Of a stretch of DNA of 53,025 nucleotides, positions 46,827-53,025 are shown one piece after another. The position numbers and the translations under genes are program-made. Location: assembly GCA_943358385.1 (NCBI GenBank), contig CALRGX010000007.1, positions 1-53,025 of the forward strand. Direction: 5' to 3'. A model generated the notes under the pieces. The model made no database searches, was not told the origin of the DNA, and saw only the letters and a list, made by a program, of their open reading frames with translations. This DNA comes from Parcubacteria group bacterium (lineage in GTDB: Bacteria; Patescibacteriota; Minisyncoccia; Phycocordibacterales; UBA2100). The first letter of the stretch is position 1; each line of letters starts with the position of its first letter.

Positions 46827-48146
46827 ATGAATGTCCGTACCAGAATTGCCCCTAGTCCCACCGGCCGCATGCACATTGGCACTGTGCGCACAGCACTCTT
46901 CAATTACCTTTACGCAAAGAAACATGACGGCACGTACATCGTGCGCATCGAAGACACCGACAAGGAACGCAGCAAGGCAGTGCACGAAGCAGAAATCTGG
47001 AGTGACTTTGAGTGGCTGGGGCTCGGGCCGGATGAAAAGTATCGACAATCAGAACATGCCCCACGTCATCGTGATTTGCTGCATGAGCTTGTATCTAAAG
47101 ACCGGGCCTATGTTTCCAACGAGCAGGCTAAGGATGGTTCGGGCAGGGAAGTCTCTGTGGTGCGCCTCAGAAACCCTGGACGCAAAGTAACCTTCCACGA
47201 CATCGTGCGTGGCGACATCACCTTTGACACCACCGAGCTAGGCGATTTTGTGATTGCGCGATCGATTGATGATCCGCTTTATCACTTTGCCGTAGTCGCC
47301 GACGATGGTGACGAGAAAATATCGCACGTGATTCGTGGCGAAGACCATATATCAAACACACCGCGTCAGATTTTGATTCAAGAGGCACTGGAGCTGCCAC
47401 GCCCCGTGTATGCGCACCTCCCACTCATCCTTGCACCTGATAGAAGCAAATTGTCGAAGCGTAAGCACAATGCATCAATTGAAGTGTACCGTGAAGCAGG
47501 GTTTCTCCCCGAGGCTATTCTGAACTTCTTGGCACTTTTGGGTTGGAACCCTGGCACTGAGCAGGAAATCTTCAGCGTCGCTGAACTTATTGATGCATTC
47601 ACTCTAGAAAACATCCAGAAGAGCGGTGCTACGTTTAATACGGATAAATTGCGCTGGTTTAATAAGGCACACTTAGCACGACTGGCTCCGGAAGTTTTTT
47701 TAGCCACCATTCGCACACGGCTTGAGTCTCAAACACCACGCACGTTAACAGAAACAGAAGCCGCACGCATCATTCCAATTTTGCGCGATCGCATAGAGGT
47801 ATTGAGTGACGTTGATGCCAGCGTGAAAGAAGGTGAATGGCAGTTCGCCTTTTCCAGACCTACCATGCCCCATGAAAAGCTCACCTGGAAAGACACCCCT
47901 ACCAACCTCACCAAGACCCACCTCACTCAGGCACGAACTGCTTTTGCGGAGGCTGATTTCAGCCCTGAAAGCCTCAAAATGGCCCTCTGGGGCTATGCAG
48001 AGGAGCATGGCCGGGGTTCAGTCCTGTGGCCCGTCCGATTTGCCCTTACCGGCATGGAGCGCTCTCCCGACCCATTTACGGTCGCTTCTATACTTGGAAA
48101 AGAAGAAACGTTGGCCCGCCTTGATGCGGCAATACAGGCAGTATAA
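46827..48146 (+). CDS. gltX: glutamate--tRNA ligase
   Basis: RIAPSPTGRMHIG, RIEDTD, IRGEDHISNT, KLSKR. Confidence 0.96.
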   Translation: MNVRTRIAPSPTGRMHIGTVRTALFNYLYAKKHDGTYIVRIEDTDKERSKAVHEAEIWSDFEWLGLGPDEKYRQSEHAPRHRDLLHELVSKDRAYVSNEQAKDGSGREVSVVRLRNPGRKVTFHDIVRGDITFDTTELGDFVIARSIDDPLYHFAVVADDGDEKISHVIRGEDHISNTPRQILIQEALELPRPVYAHLPLILAPDRSKLSKRKHNASIEVYREAGFLPEAILNFLALLGWNPGTEQEIFSVAELIDAFTLENIQKSGATFNTDKLRWFNKAHLARLAPEVFLATIRTRLESQTPRTLTETEAARIIPILRDRIEVLSDVDASVKEGEWQFAFSRPTMPHEKLTWKDTPTNLTKTHLTQARTAFAEADFSPESLKMALWGYAEEHGRGSVLWPVRFALTGMERSPDPFTVASILGKEETLARLDAAIQAV

Positions 48147-48153
48147 TGAAGCG

Positions 48154-49431
48154 ATGGAATGTCGCTATATATTTGCCAGTATCGCCCTAGCGGCAGTGCT
48201 TTTGGTACAGCAAGACGTCGTTTTTGCAGCAACCGCAGAGGAACTAAAGCAGCAAATAGGTGCCCAGAGCGTGCAAATAGACGCGCTCGAAAAGGAAATA
48301 GCAGCGTTTGAAAAAGAGCTCACCAAAGTGGGTGCAGAAAAAAAAACACTTCAAGGGGCTGTGAAAGAGCTCGATTTGTCGCGTCAAAAAGTAACTGCAA
48401 CAATAAGTGTGGAGCAGAAGAAAATCGCCACGAACGAAATAGAGATTCAGCAACTCGATTCGGAGATCGACGAGAAGGAAACCTCGCTTCAGAAATCTAA
48501 CCGCGCGATTCAAGAGTCCTTGCGTCGAATCAGTGTTATTGACGACCGTTCCATGGCTGAACTTTTTTTGCAGGAAGGGAGCCTGGGTGATTTCTGGCAA
48601 TCGCTTGATGGCGATTTCCAATTCCAAGCAGCACTCGGCGAGCACGTAGAGGCGGTGAGCCAGACCAAGGCGAGCCTTGAAACAGCCTTTGAAGCGTCCA
48701 CCAAAAAGCAGCAAGAACTGACCGCACGACGTCGGGCACTCGTGGCACAAAAGCAGGCACTAGAAGCAACCAAGAGCGCAAAAAATGAACTGCTTTCTAA
48801 TACGAAAGAGAAAGAATCCGAGTATCAAAAGTTACTGGAAAAAAAGCGGGCCGAAAAAATTGCTTTTGAAGCGGCGATGAACGAGCTCGAAGCAAAATTG
48901 TCGTACACACTGGACCCAGCAAAAATTCCACCAGCAGGGAAGGGGATCTTGCGCTGGCCGTTGGATAAAGTGCGGATTACCCAGAAATTCGGAAACACCG
49001 CATTCTCACAATCAGGTGCATACAACGGAAAAGGCCATAACGGCGTCGACTTTGGAGCATCAGTTGGAACGAGTGTCAAAGCATCACTTTCTGGATCGGT
49101 AGTCGCCTCTGGAAATACCGATGCGTACAAAGGCTGCTACTCCTACGGCAAGTGGGTACTGGTGCGGCACGGCAATGGCCTCTCGACGCTCTACGCGCAC
49201 CTTTCCAGTATTCTGGTGAACAATGGGCAGAACATTGAAACAGGCGAGGCAATCGGCTTATCAGGAAACACTGGCTACTCCACGGGGCCGCACCTCCACT
49301 TCACCGTCTTTGCGTCCGATGCGGTCCAAATAAAAAAGCTGGGCGAGCTCAAGAGCAAGACCAATTGCGCCCAAGCGTCCATTCCCGTATCAGCGTTTGA
49401 GGGATACTTGAATCCGTTGGAGTATCTTTAA
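48154..49431 (+). CDS. coiled-coil M23 family peptidase (EnvC/MepM-like)
   Basis: Signal peptide, long coiled coil, HNGVD and GYSTGPHLHF zinc motifs; start reassigned to 48154. Confidence 0.9.
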   Translation: MECRYIFASIALAAVLLVQQDVVFAATAEELKQQIGAQSVQIDALEKEIAAFEKELTKVGAEKKTLQGAVKELDLSRQKVTATISVEQKKIATNEIEIQQLDSEIDEKETSLQKSNRAIQESLRRISVIDDRSMAELFLQEGSLGDFWQSLDGDFQFQAALGEHVEAVSQTKASLETAFEASTKKQQELTARRRALVAQKQALEATKSAKNELLSNTKEKESEYQKLLEKKRAEKIAFEAAMNELEAKLSYTLDPAKIPPAGKGILRWPLDKVRITQKFGNTAFSQSGAYNGKGHNGVDFGASVGTSVKASLSGSVVASGNTDAYKGCYSYGKWVLVRHGNGLSTLYAHLSSILVNNGQNIETGEAIGLSGNTGYSTGPHLHFTVFASDAVQIKKLGELKSKTNCAQASIPVSAFEGYLNPLEYL

Positions 49432-49493
49432 AGCGTATATAACAATGGTATCTGCCTTCGCTTTCTCTTGAACCGAAAGGTCGCAATGCGAAA

Positions 49494-49515
49494 GGGAGCC
49501 AATGGTATGGCTCCC
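49494..49515 (-). terminator. terminator hairpin between convergent genes
   Basis: GGGAGCCA-atggta-TGGCTCCC; TTT follows on the minus strand. Confidence 0.55.
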
Positions 49516-49527
49516 TCGTGTGGCGAA

Positions 49528-49875
49528 TTAACGCCGATACTCCTCGCACATTTTAATCCCGCGCAACCACCGTGCGTGCCCAAGGAGAGCTTTCATGGTG
49601 GCATCACTCAGTGATTCCAGTGTCCGCTCCCGTCGCAGAAATTCTTGAAGCTGCCCTTCAGCTTCAACGAGAGTTGCAACCGCGTGAATGTAATTCTTCA
49701 CCGGGTTCAGGTGCTCGCTTAAGCATTGTGAGGATGCAGGGCTAACCGTCGCACGCATCATCGCGATCGACTCACCAATCGTGACGAAACGCTCGGCCTC
49801 GGTCGGCTGAGTTTGCGCGTCTGCAGGGGAAATGAATGAGGCAAGGCAAGCGACTACGGCAAGAAACTTCCGCAT
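49528..49875 (-). CDS. hypothetical exported protein (115 aa)
   Basis: Signal peptide MRKFLAVVACLASFISPADA; AAGGA SD; TTGACA-17-TACAAT promoter. Confidence 0.75.
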   Translation of the reverse strand: MRKFLAVVACLASFISPADAQTQPTEAERFVTIGESIAMMRATVSPASSQCLSEHLNPVKNYIHAVATLVEAEGQLQEFLRRERTLESLSDATMKALLGHARWLRGIKMCEEYRR

Positions 49876-49927
49876 GTCGATAATCCTTCTTAATGCTCAG
49901 AATCCCGTCGATCCTGACCTGATATAT

Positions 49928-49956
49928 ATTGTATAACTTTAATACAGTACTGTCAA
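49928..49956 (-). promoter_or_regulatory. sigma70-type promoter
   Basis: Minus strand TTGACA (49956-51), 17 nt, TACAAT (49933-28). Confidence 0.8.
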
Positions 49957-50109
49957 TTGCAACAAAGAGGTCCCATAGGCTCGAGAAAGTAAGCTGCACG
50001 AAAGCTGTCCGGCTATAGCGTCGCCGTGAAGGAATTCTTTGCAACTTGATTCTGTAATCCTCATGCGGTAGCTTGGCAAGAGAAGAGATTGTATTTCAAG
50101 GAGGATGAC

Positions 50110-50367
50110 ATGGAAAAGATAGACGAGACCAAAGCACGTAGCGCAACATTACTCGAAGAAGAGAGGAGCCTTCTTTTTGATTTCCCACAACTCGCAAGTG
50201 CCTCAGAAGACGTTCACACCCGTATACCGGCAGATTTTTCTACCATCCAGCTAACGAAAGAGGAGATAGCGTACCTCGACCTCGTCGAGCAAGACGCAAA
50301 AAGCGCAGTAGTGCATCATAGAGAGAAGCGGCAAAAATATCTGCGTGCAATTGGGAGACAGGAATGA
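50110..50367 (+). CDS. hypothetical protein (85 aa)
   Basis: AAGGAGG SD 5 nt before the ATG; ATGA overlap with the next ORF. Confidence 0.7.
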   Translation: MEKIDETKARSATLLEEERSLLFDFPQLASASEDVHTRIPADFSTIQLTKEEIAYLDLVEQDAKSAVVHHREKRQKYLRAIGRQE

Positions 50368-50729
50368 TACGGACAGTGGTACTAACCATCTATCTGCAGA
50401 TAAGCAGCATACATAGTGTGCAAGTGACACCTTTTATGCAGCCGCAAGCCCAGGCGATCGTAGTTGGTCTTGAGGAATGCCTGTACGTTGGCATCGACAT
50501 CGTACATAGTCTTGCGCTAGACGGTATGCAGGCAGAGGCGAGCTGCCGTATGCAAAAAGCCGAGCAACAATTCACGGACGAAGTGTTTGGACTTGAGCGC
50601 GGCTGGCTGAGCTTGAAAGACCACGATCAGCGCTACAGGCAGCAACAAGAGGATGTACAGCTCGGCGTAGGACCAACGCTTGCCAGTCTACGTGCGCAGG
50701 AACGCGCGCGGGCACGCAGAGCAAGGTAG
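50364..50729 (+). CDS. hypothetical protein (121 aa)
   Basis: ATGA-coupled to the previous ORF and followed by a strong hairpin. Confidence 0.6.
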   Translation: MIRTVVLTIYLQISSIHSVQVTPFMQPQAQAIVVGLEECLYVGIDIVHSLALDGMQAEASCRMQKAEQQFTDEVFGLERGWLSLKDHDQRYRQQQEDVQLGVGPTLASLRAQERARARRAR

Positions 50730-50752
50730 ACGGAGCAAAAAGAAGAATGCAA

Positions 50753-50779
50753 CAGCCGCCAGAAATTTTCTGGCGGCTG
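50753..50779. terminator. long perfect hairpin
   Basis: CAGCCGCCAGAAA-t-TTTCTGGCGGCTG, 13-bp arms. Confidence 0.65.
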
Positions 50780-51000
50780 AAATTTTGAAACAGAATCCAG
50801 AGGAGAATTGAGAGGAACATGTAGTTGGGCATCGACCCCACAGCAACCCGAAATTCTGAAACTTGCGTGGGGGAGACACAGCACCCAGAACAGCCCAGGC
50901 AGCCAGATGGTGCCCTTGATTCCCTAGGTATAAGGGTCGCAAAAGATATATTGTGCGACGTATACTGCATAGGCTTCTCTGGAGGGAGGCAACAACGAAG

Positions 51001-51026
51001 GGCCGCACCCCGAGTGGTGCGGCCCG
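51001..51026. terminator. GC-rich hairpin
   Basis: GGGCCGCACC-ccgagt-GGTGCGGCCC followed by a pyrimidine tract on the + strand. Confidence 0.55.
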
Positions 51027-51065
51027 CTTCTCTCTTCTCCCATACGCCTATTATTTTCTTACCTC

Positions 51066-51578
51066 TTACTTCTTCGTATCGAATACTTCGCGCATCAATT
51101 GCTCCGTACTTGCCAAATTTATTTCCGGCGTGAGTTCTGTGCCGGTCACATAGAACGTGGCGAAATCATGGACCACAAAAGAGTACGTGTGTGTCGTGCT
51201 TACCAATGACACCTCGGCCACCTCCCCCACTGCAGGTACCCGTCGGAAGAGTGTCGGATGCTGCACAAATTTTATTTGCCATGCGCACCAAAGCGGATGC
51301 ATGGCGGGCAGCAGTTTTCGATGCAACGTGTGTGCGGGATGCGATGCGCGCACCACTCCAGCACGACCTTGTTGCAGATGCATTGCCACATGCGCGCGGT
51401 GGATACCATGGCGGTCTGAACCGCGCAGCAAACTCCCTGCAACATACTGCGCACTCTCGGCAGTGTTGCAATAAATACCGGCGAGATGCCGAGGCATGTC
51501 ATCAGTGCGCGCCTCGCTGTCGCCATGCAACCCACAAACACTCGCCATGACGACGGCGAGGCGCACTCTCTTGTCCAT
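51066..51578 (-). CDS. hypothetical, possibly exported, protein
   Basis: MDKRVRLAVVMASVC start with GGAG 9 nt upstream; no family recognised. Confidence 0.45.
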   Translation of the reverse strand: MDKRVRLAVVMASVCGLHGDSEARTDDMPRHLAGIYCNTAESAQYVAGSLLRGSDRHGIHRAHVAMHLQQGRAGVVRASHPAHTLHRKLLPAMHPLWCAWQIKFVQHPTLFRRVPAVGEVAEVSLVSTTHTYSFVVHDFATFYVTGTELTPEINLASTEQLMREVFDTKK

Positions 51579-51636
51579 CGCGTATTTCTCCATCTTTGCA
51601 GTTTTCCTGCGTGCAGCGTACCATCATGCATCGCAA

Positions 51637-52143
51637 CTACCAACGCGTGTTCGTGCTGTTACGAATACCCGCCACATACTCTTCCACACGACGCCGATTT
51701 GCTGGCGAAATATTTTCCGGGAGCGCATTCATGGAAAAGAATCCTCGTTCCATCACTTCTATATTGGGTAATAACTGTAAGGAACCTTCGTAGGTCGTAA
51801 CGAATACAGCTGCCACTTGATCGTCGGGACGGCTGCCTTGGTAGATGCCTATTTTCCCGCCGATTCCGCGGGCAACATATCCCGTTTCCTCGTGCAGTTC
51901 GCGCAGCGCGGCTTCTTCGAGCGTCTCACCTTGGTTGATGCCGCCCCCCGGTAGTGTCCACACGCCTGGCGCATACCAATGCCGCAGCAACAACACCTCA
52001 CCATGCCCGTTGTCTACCAGCACTCGCACGCCATGCACAACGCGCGTGTCCCCGCTAATGCGGCGCAGCCAAAAGCGGCACCAGTGTGCAGCGTGCATGG
52101 CCGCCATCGAAAGCTTGTACAAGAGATGTTGTAGAAGCTTCAT
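51637..52143 (-). CDS. NUDIX hydrolase
   Basis: Nudix box GGINQGETLEEAALRELHEETGY. Confidence 0.9.
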   Translation of the reverse strand: MKLLQHLLYKLSMAAMHAAHWCRFWLRRISGDTRVVHGVRVLVDNGHGEVLLLRHWYAPGVWTLPGGGINQGETLEEAALRELHEETGYVARGIGGKIGIYQGSRPDDQVAAVFVTTYEGSLQLLPNIEVMERGFFSMNALPENISPANRRRVEEYVAGIRNSTNTRW

Positions 52144-52164
52144 GCGCAAATCAAACAAGGCACG

Positions 52165-52920
52165 TTATTTTTTAACCGCCTCTGCCAAACCTTCAAGTGC
52201 GCGCAAGACTTCGAGTGGGAGCGCAAAGACAACCGTGTTGGATTGATCAGACGAAATATCGTTGATCGACTGCAGTGTGCGCAAGTGAAGCGCCCCTGGT
52301 GCGGCGGCAAGTGTGCGCGCAGCCTTGGCCATATTTTCAGCAGAAATTACCTCGCCTTCTGCACGGATAATTACCGCACGCTTTTCACGTTCGGCTTCAG
52401 CCTGCTTGGCGATGGTGCGCTCCATGTCCGCTGGAAGGGCGATATCTTTCAATTCGACATTCGAGACCTTAATCCCCCACGGGTCCGAGGCTGCATCCAC
52501 GACCGCACTGATGCGTGTAGAAATCTGATCGCGTTTCGAGAGTAAATCGTCGAGCTCCACCTCACCCACCGCATTGCGCATCGTGGTCTGTGCCAGTTGG
52601 CTCATGGCATACAAGTAGTCCTCCACTTCCAAAATGGCCTTGTCTGCATGCGAGACTTTATAATAAATCACCGCGTTTACTCCCACGGAAATGTTGTCTT
52701 TCGTAATTGCCTTCTGCTCTGGCACATCTACCGCCTTCACACGCATGTCCACTTTCGTCATACTCTGAAAAACAGGAAGCACGATGCGCCAACCTGGCTC
52801 ACTGATTTCGGTAAAGCGTCCGATAGTAAATTTCACTCCGCGCTCGTACTGATTCACCTGCCTCAATGATGCAATTAAAACCAAAAGTATAATCCCGCCA
52901 AACGTAAAGAGTATTTCCAT
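52165..52920 (-). CDS. SPFH/band-7 (slipin/stomatin-like) protein
   Basis: N-terminal TM, QKAITKDNISVGVNAV, AQTTMRNAVG, WGIKV, AEAEREKRA, LRTLQ. Confidence 0.94.
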   Translation of the reverse strand: MEILFTFGGIILLVLIASLRQVNQYERGVKFTIGRFTEISEPGWRIVLPVFQSMTKVDMRVKAVDVPEQKAITKDNISVGVNAVIYYKVSHADKAILEVEDYLYAMSQLAQTTMRNAVGEVELDDLLSKRDQISTRISAVVDAASDPWGIKVSNVELKDIALPADMERTIAKQAEAEREKRAVIIRAEGEVISAENMAKAARTLAAAPGALHLRTLQSINDISSDQSNTVVFALPLEVLRALEGLAEAVKK

Positions 52921-52970
52921 ATACGGTAAGCGTACCGCAGGGTGGACTATTGTGCTACTGACACAAGAAT

Positions 52971-52999
52971 GGCCCGCTCTCATTAGATGAAAGCGGGCC
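52971..52999 (-). terminator. terminator-like hairpin
   Basis: GGCCCGCT-c-TCAT-tag-ATGA-a-AGCGGGCC with ATTCTT following on the minus strand. Confidence 0.5.
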
Positions 53000-53025
53000 C
53001 TGTTAAGGAAATGTCACAATCGTGG

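Noticed and set aside
352-48153. Long N-terminal extensions in the ORF track (e.g. starts 352, 4017, 4528, 19603, 24311, 25635, 34506, 47833)
   Set aside because: They overlap neighbouring genes or structured intergenic DNA, lack family similarity, and a downstream ATG with a -10 box or SD fits the homologous N-terminus.
1-53025. TGA recoding (genetic code 25) as in some CPR lineages
   Set aside because: Conserved genes are full length under code 11, and several end naturally at TGA (e.g. grpE, scpA, scpB).

Overview
Chromosomal segment of a gene-dense bacterium using the standard genetic code (TGA is a stop). It is most likely a Patescibacteria/CPR (Parcubacteria-like) organism. This is inferred from the short AlaRS, the archaeal-type non-discriminating AspRS, the sigma4-HTH fusion gene, the FtsA-like/baseplate-J-like pair and the absence of biosynthetic genes. 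Housekeeping blocks: rplU, recR, dnaB, mltG, mnmA, alaS, infA-rpmJ-rpsM-rpsK-rpsD-rpoA-rplQ-rplM-rpsI, grpE-dnaK-dnaJ, trpS-aspS, scpAB, dac-mraY-ftsW-murG-gltX and an M23 peptidase. Small orphan genes are interspersed. No rRNA, tRNA, CRISPR array, transposase or prophage was found. Main leads: (1) a tightly coupled four-gene operon at 34.7-38.7 kb (membrane protein, PlsC-type acyltransferase, cyanobacterial-AAR-like acyl-thioester reductase keeping the catalytic Cys, 7TM sensor kinase), possibly a lipid-derived signal make-and-sense module; (2) a candidate stand-alone ~140-nt structured RNA with its own promoter and terminator at 19.6 kb; (3) pervasive leaderless gene starts (a -10 box 6-9 nt before the start codon) versus SD-led orphan cassettes; (4) a TA-flanked MITE-like element, a phased heptamer array and a 46-bp perfect palindrome. 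All family assignments come from motif recognition by eye; no searches were run. Many start codons were moved downstream of the supplied ORF-track starts.
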